Below, piece after piece: positions 1-7,790 of a DNA stretch of 16,707 nt. This DNA comes from a virus (taxonomy: Duplodnaviria > Heunggongvirae > Uroviricota > Caudoviricetes). The stretch lies in IMG/VR virus record IMGVR_UViG_2547132418_000023. One strand, 5' to 3'. A program made the position numbers and the translations under genes. Within the stretch, counting starts at the first letter, position 1; each line of letters opens with the position of its first letter. The notes below the pieces were generated by a model. That model did no database searches and was not told where the DNA came from. It saw only the letters and a program-made list of their open reading frames with translations.

Positions 1-765
1 ATGCGCGAAAGGGTATCGCAGCAGTTAAAAGAAATTGAACGGCGGTATGATGTGAAAGTATTGTACGCCTGTGAATCAGGGAGTCGCGGTTGGGGATTTG
101 CCTCGCCCGACAGCGACTACGATGTACGGTTTTTGTATGTTCACCCGCTGGAATGGTATCTGCGAGTAGAGTCACCGCGCGATGTTATCGAGCTGCCCAT
201 CGATGACGAGTTAGATGTTTCCGGTTGGGAGTGGCGTAAGGCGCTGGGATTATTGAAAGGCGCGAACCCGACGCTGATAGAATGGCTGGATTCTCCGGTG
301 GTCTATCAACAAGATGAAGAAACGATAACGGCGCTTAAGGCAATGGTCCCAACGTGGTTTTCTCCGCTGCGTGCGCGCTGGCATTACTATTCGATGGCGC
401 AGAAAAACTTCCGCGGATATTTGCAGGGCGATGAAGTTCGACTGAAAAAATACTTTTACGTGCTGCGCCCGCTGCTGGCCGTTCGTTGGGTTGAAGCGGG
501 AAAAGGTGTACCGCCAATGCGTTTTTCCGAATTGCTGGCGGGAAGTGAGTTGGATGCGGCATTACGCGCAGAAATAGATGAATTGCTGGAGCGTAAACAG
601 CGTGCGGGTGAAGCGGAATATGGACTGCGCCGTCCTTTGTTACATGCGTTTATTCGTGCGGAACTGGCGCGCGGGGAAATTCCTCCGCTGTTACCAGACA
701 GCCGGGAAGGGGACGTTAAAGAACTGGATAGTTTACTGTACCAGACGGTAATGCGCCGGGCGTGA
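1..765 (+). CDS. Nucleotidyltransferase-fold protein (Pol-beta superfamily), 254 aa; 5' end coincides with the window edge so the true start may lie upstream
   Basis: ATG at position 1, TGA at 763-765. N-terminal motif GSRGWGFASPDSDYDV fits the nucleotidyltransferase signature hG[GS]-x(9-13)-DhD. Convergent to the tail operon. Confidence 0.6.
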   Translation: MRERVSQQLKEIERRYDVKVLYACESGSRGWGFASPDSDYDVRFLYVHPLEWYLRVESPRDVIELPIDDELDVSGWEWRKALGLLKGANPTLIEWLDSPVVYQQDEETITALKAMVPTWFSPLRARWHYYSMAQKNFRGYLQGDEVRLKKYFYVLRPLLAVRWVEAGKGVPPMRFSELLAGSELDAALRAEIDELLERKQRAGEAEYGLRRPLLHAFIRAELARGEIPPLLPDSREGDVKELDSLLYQTVMRRA

Positions 766-781
766 AGCCCGGCGTTATTTT
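754..781 (+). terminator. Rho-independent terminator for the nucleotidyltransferase gene, sitting between convergent genes
   Basis: Perfect 8-bp stem CGCCGGGC (754-761) / GCCCGGCG (767-774), 5-nt loop GTGAA, followed by TTATTTT. The stop codon lies in the loop. No U-tract in the minus orientation. Confidence 0.55.
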
Positions 782-1235
782 ACGGCTGATATTGCCAGCT
801 ACTGACTAAAGCGTACAAGTGGTTTGGGGAATAGCGCCAACTCTCCTTTAATTGCAGAAATTCGGCACAAAATTCGCTGCAAAACAGGCGTTCACGCTGT
901 TCTTTATTACCGGTAATAATTCCAAGCGCGCCGCGCCAATCATATTTTTTGCCATCATGTTTATGGAAAAACGCTTCCACGTCCTGAAGGCTGGCCTGGA
1001 GCGGCAGCATATCCCACTTATCCGCTGGCAATGGCATTATCTTTCCGCGTACACCGCGATCGCGCAGTGATGCAGAGTAACAAAGGTAACTCTTTTCACC
1101 ATGCTTAACGGCTAATTCACAGTGGGAATAACTACCGCGCGTGATTTTACGGGTAAGCCAGTCAGCCAGTCGGGCAATACCACGGTGCTCTGTTCGGCCC
1201 TTATAACAAGCGAGCCAGACAGTGGTTTTACTCAT
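780..1235 (-). CDS. Putative permuted papain-like amidase (YiiX/YaeF-like, NlpC/P60 superfamily), 151 aa, translationally coupled to the upstream fibre chaperone gene
   Basis: ATG at 1233-1235 overlaps the upstream stop (ATGA). Motifs YSHCE, GKKYDW and FCSEFC resemble the His-before-Cys arrangement I recall for YiiX-family proteins. Recalled from memory, not searched. Confidence 0.4.
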   Translation of the reverse strand: MSKTTVWLACYKGRTEHRGIARLADWLTRKITRGSYSHCELAVKHGEKSYLCYSASLRDRGVRGKIMPLPADKWDMLPLQASLQDVEAFFHKHDGKKYDWRGALGIITGNKEQRERLFCSEFCAEFLQLKESWRYSPNHLYALVSSWQYQP

Positions 1236-1846
1236 GCTTGCCAGCCTGTTGAATAATCGTAGTCGAGCACCGCCTGAATATCGTCCAGAGCTTCCACCGC
1301 CGCGATATGGTGCTGGGCATTGGCGAACAGGCGCATATCGTGATCCATTGTTACCGATTCAAACTGGGCGGCGATCTCGTTGGTTAACTCGATCAGACCG
1401 TTATTTTTAGTTTTCCACATTAACCCTGGAGGGATTTTTTTCTCCGCTCCCATTTTTGTGAGTGAGAGCTGTTGGATACGGCTGTTTGTATCACTGTGGA
1501 AGTGATGGTTGTTGATGATGATGTAATCGGTTGTGACGTAATCCCGTTTGGATTTTATTCTTCTTATTATATCCGCTTTTATTTCTGAAATAAATTTAAG
1601 CATTGAATCTGTATCAACTATCCATTCTCCTTTTTTTAGTTTGTGAAATCTATCTGGTGGTGGCGTAGAGATAAAGGATAAATCTTCACAGTTAATCCAA
1701 ATTGGGATATTAGCTTTCGCATATGTCTGCCATTGCTGATCAGTTATTTCAACTAAATGTTCTACTTTAGGATAGTTGTAGTGTTCTGTATCGATCCAGT
1801 CCAGAACGATAAATGTTTCAGGATCAAAACAAGCATATTTTGTCAT
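1232..1846 (-). CDS. Putative tail fibre assembly/chaperone protein, 204 aa
   Basis: ATG at 1844-1846, immediately downstream of the fibre gene. Its 5' half shares the low GC (about 25-40%) of the fibre tip. It lacks the C-terminal EWP motif I recall for lambda/P2 Tfa, so the call is mainly positional. Confidence 0.5.
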   Translation of the reverse strand: MTKYACFDPETFIVLDWIDTEHYNYPKVEHLVEITDQQWQTYAKANIPIWINCEDLSFISTPPPDRFHKLKKGEWIVDTDSMLKFISEIKADIIRRIKSKRDYVTTDYIIINNHHFHSDTNSRIQQLSLTKMGAEKKIPPGLMWKTKNNGLIELTNEIAAQFESVTMDHDMRLFANAQHHIAAVEALDDIQAVLDYDYSTGWQA

Positions 1847-1852
1847 TTTTAA

Positions 1853-3847
1853 TTACCATGATATTTTTACGAAGCCAGAGGCACCTTTTGTTCCGCTAGT
1901 ATTGCCTAAATTTGTTAACTCATTATTTTTATATTGAAAAGGAGGTAAATAAGATCCCCCAGCTCCTCCAGAACCATAACCTGTTGCTGCTGTTGGCTTT
2001 GCCATTACTGCTTTTTTTCCACCATTACTTAGGTTTTCTGTAATAACAGTACCTGAAGCCCCTCCCTTTCCATATATAGAATTTTCACCATTCTTTCCAG
2101 GATAAAATTCTGCAGATGACGGTATTGCATTTGGTGGAGTACCTTTAGGATCGTCACTGAATTTTATATAAGGCTGCGTAGTGTTAGAGTGATAAATGTT
2201 ATATCCTCCATGGCCACCTTTTGCAGTTAGATTAGAAAACGAAGAGTCTCCACCATCAAAGCTTTTTTGTGTTGTCTCTGTTTTATCATACGAATACTTT
2301 ATTTGTGAAACAGGTGGATTGTTCCAAAAAGGACCTCCATTACCTCCAGCTCCGATCTTTACTGAAAAATGCTGGCCTGGTGCCACGTTTAAGTAATCAA
2401 CAATCAATTCTCCTGCATTACCTCCGCAGGCTTCATAATGTGATGATTGTGCTCCTCCGGCCCCCCCACCTCCGCCGCCCATAATTTCCACAAATAATAT
2501 TGTTACGCCCTCAGGAACTATAAATGTTCCATTTGTAGTATAAAAACTAGTGTGGGTATGATTAGCTGGAGCTGCAGTTTTTGCCTTATCCATTGCCGCC
2601 TTCACCGCGCTCGGTGTCGCCGCCTCCGTCGTACTGTTGCTATCCGTCGCGTTATTAAGCTTCACAATCCCTTTTTGCGACAGGGTGCCGTCTGGAACAC
2701 CCGTAATCTGTCCCCATGGGTGAGTATGGTTTCCCGCAGCCTTACTATTCGCCAGGTCATATGCCGCCTTCACCGCGCTCGGTGTCGCCGCCTCCGTCGT
2801 ACTGTTGCTATCCGTCGCGTTATTAAGCTTCACAATCCCTTTTTGCGACAGGGTGCCGTCTGGAACACCCGTAATCTGTCCCCATGGGTGAGTATGGTTT
2901 CCCGCAGCCTTACTATTCGCCAGGTCATATGCCGCCTTCACCGCGCTCGGTGTCGCCGCCTCCGTCGTACTGTTGCTATTGGTCGCGTTATTAAGTTTCA
3001 CAATCCCTTTTTGTGTCAGGGTACCGTCAGGAATACTCGTAATCTGCCCCCAGGGGTGCGTATGACTACCCGCAGCCTTACTATTCGCCAGGTCATACGC
3101 CGCCTTCACTGCGCTCGGTGTCGCCGCCTCCGTCGTACTGTTGCTGTCTGTCGCGTTATTAAGCTTCACAATCCCTTTTTGTGTCAGCGTACCATCTGGT
3201 ATATCAGTAATCTGACTCCAGGTATGACGATGATTTCGAGCCTCAATCATTGCCGCTTTCACCGCTTTTGGCGTAGCCGCTTTGGTTTCGTCATCACTGT
3301 CAGTGGCGTTACTCAACTGTGTAAAGCCTTTTTGCGTTAACGTAGCATCAGGATGATTAGTCGAACGCTCATGTTCATCCAGTTGTGAATCAACATAATC
3401 CCGTGTTGCCAGTACAATACTGGGGTCAACGGTGAGTGTTACCGCAGTCGTGTTGGAAACTTCCATAATCAGGCGAATGCAAACTTGCTTACCGCTGCCG
3501 CCGGGTAATAGTGGTTTATACGACTCCGGGAATTTACCGATAGCAATGAGTTCACCATCGGTATCAAAAACGCCGACTTCACGTACATACCAGCCGCCGA
3601 TATTTTCGGGCAGCACGAGTTCCGCAATTAACCAGTTAGGGTTATTGGGTGCAACTGTTAATGTATTTAAATCACCGCGCCATACTTCATGGCGTAATTT
3701 AGTTTGGCTGACGGTGGGTTCATAATATTGTCCTCCGCTGTCACCAACAGCCATTTTTTGTAGATGAAGCTGTTTTTTATCCGCCAGAGCATTGGCAATT
3801 TTTGCCATTCCCCTGTCGGTGAGTAGAGTATAAAACTCATTGTCCAT
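1853..3847 (-). CDS. Tail fibre protein, 664 aa: P2 gpH-like N-terminal domain, 56-aa repeat shaft, glycine-rich C-terminal tip
   Basis: ATG at 3845-3847 with GGAG 6 nt upstream. The N-terminus (EVWRGDLN, IAELVLPENIGGW, ESYKPLLPGGSG, ATRDYVDSQLDEHE, HPDATLTQKGFTQLSNATDS, ATPKAVKAA) matches my recollection of P2 gpH. Repeats of HTHPWGQIT..PDGTL.QKGIVKLNNATDSNSTTEAATPSAVKAAYDLANSKAAG follow. C-terminus carries GGGGGGAGG, GAGGNGG, GGHGG, GSGGAGGS motifs. Confidence 0.9.
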   Translation of the reverse strand: MDNEFYTLLTDRGMAKIANALADKKQLHLQKMAVGDSGGQYYEPTVSQTKLRHEVWRGDLNTLTVAPNNPNWLIAELVLPENIGGWYVREVGVFDTDGELIAIGKFPESYKPLLPGGSGKQVCIRLIMEVSNTTAVTLTVDPSIVLATRDYVDSQLDEHERSTNHPDATLTQKGFTQLSNATDSDDETKAATPKAVKAAMIEARNHRHTWSQITDIPDGTLTQKGIVKLNNATDSNSTTEAATPSAVKAAYDLANSKAAGSHTHPWGQITSIPDGTLTQKGIVKLNNATNSNSTTEAATPSAVKAAYDLANSKAAGNHTHPWGQITGVPDGTLSQKGIVKLNNATDSNSTTEAATPSAVKAAYDLANSKAAGNHTHPWGQITGVPDGTLSQKGIVKLNNATDSNSTTEAATPSAVKAAMDKAKTAAPANHTHTSFYTTNGTFIVPEGVTILFVEIMGGGGGGAGGAQSSHYEACGGNAGELIVDYLNVAPGQHFSVKIGAGGNGGPFWNNPPVSQIKYSYDKTETTQKSFDGGDSSFSNLTAKGGHGGYNIYHSNTTQPYIKFSDDPKGTPPNAIPSSAEFYPGKNGENSIYGKGGASGTVITENLSNGGKKAVMAKPTAATGYGSGGAGGSYLPPFQYKNNELTNLGNTSGTKGASGFVKISW
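2594..3265. repeat. Tandem 168-bp direct repeats (4 copies, units starting 2594, 2762, 2930, 3098; degenerate 5th about 3251-3340) inside the fibre gene
   Basis: TGCCGCCTTCACCGCGCTCGGTGTCGCCGCCTCCGTCGTACTGTTGC recurs at an exact 168-bp period. Copies 1 and 2 are nearly identical, later copies progressively diverged. In-frame, encoding 56-aa repeats. Confidence 0.85.
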
Positions 3848-3849
3848 AA

Positions 3850-4482
3850 TTACTCCGGGTAAATAGATGTAATTTCAAGGCTCCATTGCCCTGTTCCGTA
3901 ATAAATCGATGTGTTGTGCTGTACTTCCCGTATCTGGAAAGGTAAAACCGTCGTCAGTTCACCACCATAAAGTGCACAGCCAATAACAGGAATAGCACTT
4001 TGGTTAATGATCCAGACGATTAATGCTTCCAGTTTTGAACGTGTGTTTTTATATTCATGAATGAGTTCTACCAAATCATTGAAAAGGTTTTCATCCAGGC
4101 CTTTATCCACCAGCGCTATATCCACCTTAAAAAAATAAGCCCTTCCCCCATATTCAAACCATTCTGAAATAGTTCCTGGTAATGAGAGTATTTCCAGCAC
4201 CCGCCGCACCGCCCAAATTGTTCCTTTATATTTATGCAGTTCAATGGCTTGTTTAATTAACTCGCGTTTCTCCCGCTCATCGGTGGTAAATAACCAACCT
4301 TCCAGCCCCTGAACGTGAAATTGTTCTGCAAGGGCTGGTAATGCCGAAGCATCAACCTGGTCGATCAGATAAACCATCAACGCCGTCAGATCGAGTTGGG
4401 CAAAACGCTCGGCGGCGATATTTGCCAGAATCGAAAAACGCTCATCGCTGGCAAGCGGCGGCGGTGGCAGCAATTTATCCAT
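3850..4482 (-). CDS. Baseplate/tail protein, P2 gpI-like, about 210 aa
   Basis: The ORF-track start at 4497 is TTG; in-frame ATG at 4480-4482 (MDKLLPPPP...) overlaps the gpJ stop by 8 nt. Positioned between gpJ and the fibre as in P2 J-I-H. Confidence 0.7.
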   Translation of the reverse strand: MDKLLPPPPLASDERFSILANIAAERFAQLDLTALMVYLIDQVDASALPALAEQFHVQGLEGWLFTTDEREKRELIKQAIELHKYKGTIWAVRRVLEILSLPGTISEWFEYGGRAYFFKVDIALVDKGLDENLFNDLVELIHEYKNTRSKLEALIVWIINQSAIPVIGCALYGGELTTVLPFQIREVQHNTSIYYGTGQWSLEITSIYPE

Positions 4483-5590
4483 CGCTGACTCCGGCAATCG
4501 TGACGTCTATTGCGGTGCATTCCGCCCACTCATGCGCCTGCAAAATACGTTTTGTAGGCATATTCAGCGCAACGTCATAGACGCCATCGACCTGTAACAC
4601 TTTGATTATCTGGTTTGGCACAATGTCCTGCCCCAGATGTTTCTGCCGCTGTTGCGTCCAGAGGCTAATCGCTTTACGCGCTGCAGCCAGCGTTGTCTCC
4701 TGATCGGCGGTGGTAAACAGCGTTAGCTGCGCACGGATCTCATATGGCACTCGAAGAGCGCATTTCGCACTCACTTTGTCGGTCAGCGGACGTTTTTTCT
4801 CCTTGCTAACCTCCTGTTCAATTTGCGCGAGCAGTTCTATTCCCGGCAGTCCGTTCAGAGTTAGCGGGTAGATCTCCACGCAGCCTTCTGGCAATCCCTC
4901 GTCCGGCCCCAGTACTGCAACGTCAATAATCGACTGGCTAACAGAAAGCGTATGAAAGCGGTAGGCACCATAGCTGCCCGCATTACTAAAGCTTTCTGGT
5001 GCCAGTTGGATACGCTGGCGCAATGCGTCATCGCTCTCTTCACCGCAGCCGCCCGTTGACGCAGTCAGGTTGGTTACGTTGATGTCATAATGACCAATCC
5101 TGTCGACCAGTGCGCTAATTTGTGCAGGCTGCCAGCCGTTACCCTGTTCACCTGCTGCGAGGCTGGTGGCAGGAACGGCGATATGCAAACTCCTGGCCGG
5201 AAGCAGAACATCTTCATCGGTGGCGAACATCACGCTATCAGAGGCACTGGCCCGCGTTCCCTGGGGAATCAGGATATTGCTGGTATACGCGCTGACGACC
5301 GAAAACTGCAACGTCGTTTTTGCCGGCTGCGCAGGCAAACGGTGAACGCCCACCAACTCCCCTAAATAATCCAGCATTGGCGCGCGGGAATACGCGACCA
5401 GGTTCTGTTTCGCCGCTTCCTGAATGGCGATGCGTACAAGGTTTTCACGATAGGCAAACAGGTCGATGAGCAACCGCTCAGCCTGTGCCGGATAGAGTTT
5501 TTTACCGCTGGCATCTTCGTATTGCGCAATCATCTCACTGGTAATTTGCGCAGGATCGCGGTCAATAAAATTGGGTTCGGCTATCGCCAT
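4475..5590 (-). CDS. Baseplate J-like protein (P2 gpJ / T4 gp6 family), 371 aa
   Basis: ATG at 5588-5590 with GGAGGGG Shine-Dalgarno. Size and position after the gpW-like gene; start overlaps the gpW stop by 10 nt. Confidence 0.8.
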   Translation of the reverse strand: MAIAEPNFIDRDPAQITSEMIAQYEDASGKKLYPAQAERLLIDLFAYRENLVRIAIQEAAKQNLVAYSRAPMLDYLGELVGVHRLPAQPAKTTLQFSVVSAYTSNILIPQGTRASASDSVMFATDEDVLLPARSLHIAVPATSLAAGEQGNGWQPAQISALVDRIGHYDINVTNLTASTGGCGEESDDALRQRIQLAPESFSNAGSYGAYRFHTLSVSQSIIDVAVLGPDEGLPEGCVEIYPLTLNGLPGIELLAQIEQEVSKEKKRPLTDKVSAKCALRVPYEIRAQLTLFTTADQETTLAAARKAISLWTQQRQKHLGQDIVPNQIIKVLQVDGVYDVALNMPTKRILQAHEWAECTAIDVTIAGVSDG

Positions 5591-5940
5591 AACCCCTCCG
5601 TTGAGTTGATAACGCCGTCAGCGGCGCGCCATTGCACACGTAACGTCAGATGTTCGCCGTCGATTACTGGTGTCACCTTCAGCAACCGACAGCGCGGCTC
5701 CCACTGGCGGATGGCTTCCACCGACTCCCGTACCACATGCGGAATTGCCCGCTCGATGGGGTAATCGATGTAGTGCCACAAGTTGCTGCCAAACAGCGGT
5801 CTGTGGGGATCACTGCCGCGCGGTGTGCGCAGAATGATGTGTATTGCCTGGTGAATATCATCCAGTCCGCAGACGTATTCTTCAGGCCGCTGCAAGGCCG
5901 GTTGCCAGTGCAGCGTTGAGGGTCGTGTTTTTGTGTTCAT
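5581..5940 (-). CDS. Baseplate wedge protein, gpW / T4 gp25 family, 119 aa
   Basis: ATG at 5938-5940. Motifs DDIHQAIHIILRTPRGS and IRQWEPRCRLLKVT align with P2 gpW (ILRTPVGS, LKWEPRV) as I recall it. Confidence 0.85.
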   Translation of the reverse strand: MNTKTRPSTLHWQPALQRPEEYVCGLDDIHQAIHIILRTPRGSDPHRPLFGSNLWHYIDYPIERAIPHVVRESVEAIRQWEPRCRLLKVTPVIDGEHLTLRVQWRAADGVINSTEGLWR

Positions 5941-5999
5941 GAGGGTATTTTCGCCCTGAACGGGCTGTGGCGATATTAAAGCGATTTAGAAAACTGATT

Positions 6000-6033
6000 G
6001 ATTAAAAAGAGAAAACCCGCCATCAGGCGGGTT
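6000..6033 (-). terminator. Intrinsic terminator inside the tail operon, between the spike and gpW genes
   Basis: Perfect 8-bp stem AACCCGCC (6014-6021) / GGCGGGTT (6026-6033), loop ATCA. In mRNA sense it is followed by UUUUCUCUUUUUAAU, just downstream of the spike stop. Confidence 0.55.
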
Positions 6034-6038
6034 AAACG

Positions 6039-6740
6039 TCAGTGTGTATGGTGGTTGGAGTTGCCACCGCTGTCCTGCAATGCGCCGCTGGCCTGAACGT
6101 TGCCGATCACGTTGACATTGCCAGTTATCGTGGCGGCGTTACCGATGCCTCCACTTCCTGCCATCCCGCCAAGCCAGGTGAGTTTTTTCATTACCGTGAC
6201 ATTGCCAGTAAAGGTGCTCATGGGCGCATCTACCGTCACTGCTGCCGCTTTAACATCGACCTTAGTGGCGTCGATGCTGACATCGGTCGCTTTAATATCG
6301 ACGGTATCGGAAGTCACGGTGACCTGTTGGGCTTTAATCTCAACGTTGGGTGATGTCAGGCGGGTACTGTCGATAACCTCAATCACGATTTTCTCGATAC
6401 CGCCGTTAATCGTCAGCTGGTGGGTGCTGCGGTCATATTCAAACGCTGCGCCATCAGAAAACTGGACGTAACGTTTATCGCGCGAGGCCACAGGCGCGGT
6501 GTCAACCGTAGAATAAACTGCGCCCAGCACCACGCCATCTTCACCGTTATTGTCCAGCAGAACTTCCACTTGCTCGCCCATATCCGGTAGCCAGTAGTCT
6601 TTATTGTCCTGGGAATTGCGTTGAAGTACCGCAAGCCAGTTGCTCTTCAGATTGTCACACTCCGGAAGCGTGACTCGCACCCGAACGCTGGTTTCGTCAA
6701 TATCGCTGATAATCCCCGTTTGACGGGTTACTCCTTTCAT
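6039..6740 (-). CDS. Baseplate central spike, P2 gpV-like, 233 aa
   Basis: ATG at 6738-6740 with AAGGAGG Shine-Dalgarno. N-terminal OB-like region, then beta-helix-like repeats (VTVTSDTVDIKATDVSIDATKVDVKAAAVTVDA). C-terminus ends NSNHHTH, an HxH apex motif of the kind that binds metal in P2-type spikes. Confidence 0.8.
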   Translation of the reverse strand: MKGVTRQTGIISDIDETSVRVRVTLPECDNLKSNWLAVLQRNSQDNKDYWLPDMGEQVEVLLDNNGEDGVVLGAVYSTVDTAPVASRDKRYVQFSDGAAFEYDRSTHQLTINGGIEKIVIEVIDSTRLTSPNVEIKAQQVTVTSDTVDIKATDVSIDATKVDVKAAAVTVDAPMSTFTGNVTVMKKLTWLGGMAGSGGIGNAATITGNVNVIGNVQASGALQDSGGNSNHHTH

Positions 6741-6749
6741 ATTTCCTCC

Positions 6750-7790
6750 TTACTGGCTGGTCGCTGGCCCGCGTGACACGTCGATTTCAGTGGTATAGCC
6801 GCTGCGCACAAAACTGTGAGTCGATTTATCAATCAGCCACTGACCGGAAAGCACGCCAAAATCGGTCAGTTCAATTTTATTGCCCGCCGTCAGTTCCGGG
6901 CAGCCCATCATCCTGAGCGTTCCGGTTTGTTGATATTCGTTGTGGCTGTCGAGCGCGGCGTTGGCCTTTGCCTGTGCCGCGCCAACGTCCGGCGCCCGAC
7001 TGTTCAGTTTTAGCGTGTCGGCACTGGTGCCGACTCCACGGGCAGACGGTTTTTGCTGGCTGTCGTGGGTGTAGATAACCAGTTCTTTTTTCTTACTATT
7101 TTGATGCTGTACGGTGGCATTTTTGTAGATACGGTTAATGGTATCTTTGAAGGTGAAATGCGAAACGTCTTTGCGGTCGATCGTTTTTACCGGCGCCAGG
7201 CAGCGCAGCGTGGGTAAATGCGAAAAAATCAGTTCTTTGGTGGTCACCTTTACCGCATAGCCATATTCGCTGGCCAGGCGCTTGAGAAATCCGACATCGG
7301 TTTCACCATACTGCGTTACCCGGTCGATGGTGAGCGGCTCGATTTTGCCCACCAGTTTCAGACCGTGCGTTTGGGCGATACGGCTGGCGATAGCCGAAAG
7401 CGTCGTTTCTTCAAAGCCCTGGCTGTTACGGGTACGCAGCGCCTGATTGACGGAAGTGGCGATGCCATCAATATTTACCGTAGAAGGTGGCGCTGAAATA
7501 TCAATTTTATCAATAATATACTGACCACAATCGAGCAGCTTTTCCCCCTGATAACCCATATGCAGCGCCAGCGTATCGCCTTTGCCGGGATACCACTCTT
7601 TTATCCAGCGTCCATCGGTGTCATCCAGTGTAATCGCGATGGTATCTGACTCGTTTTTGATGCTGTCGTGGTAACTGATGCTGGTGACATAGGGTGTGAT
7701 GTCATAAGTGATATCTTTATGCCCATACCAGAGGGTAAAAATGGGCGTGAGTGTGGCAAAGACGCCACCAGTTACGCTTATCTCAGCCAT
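6750..7790 (-). CDS. Baseplate hub, P2 gpD-like (late control gene D family), 346 aa
   Basis: ATG at 7788-7790. Sits upstream of the spike and after gpX as in the T-U-X-D block. The C-terminal region (TGTLRMMGCPELTAGNKIELTDFGVLSGQWLIDKSTHSF) resembles gpD. Confidence 0.8.
   Translation of the reverse strand: MAEISVTGGVFATLTPIFTLWYGHKDITYDITPYVTSISYHDSIKNESDTIAITLDDTDGRWIKEWYPGKGDTLALHMGYQGEKLLDCGQYIIDKIDISAPPSTVNIDGIATSVNQALRTRNSQGFEETTLSAIASRIAQTHGLKLVGKIEPLTIDRVTQYGETDVGFLKRLASEYGYAVKVTTKELIFSHLPTLRCLAPVKTIDRKDVSHFTFKDTINRIYKNATVQHQNSKKKELVIYTHDSQQKPSARGVGTSADTLKLNSRAPDVGAAQAKANAALDSHNEYQQTGTLRMMGCPELTAGNKIELTDFGVLSGQWLIDKSTHSFVRSGYTTEIDVSRGPATSQ

Noticed and set aside
335-562. 75-aa minus-strand ORF inside the nucleotidyltransferase gene
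   Set aside because: Antisense to a gene with a clear catalytic motif; Pro/Ala-rich low-complexity translation with no independent support.
2594-3265. Possible CRISPR array
   Set aside because: The repeats are 168 bp, directly adjacent with no spacers, in-frame within a coding sequence, and progressively diverged. This is a coding tandem repeat, not a CRISPR array.
2552-3340. 262-aa plus-strand ORF with striking Arg/Cys-rich internal repeats
   Set aside because: It is the antisense reading of the 168-bp tandem repeats in the fibre gene; the periodicity comes from the repeat DNA, and the fibre frame on the other strand has the recognisable homology.
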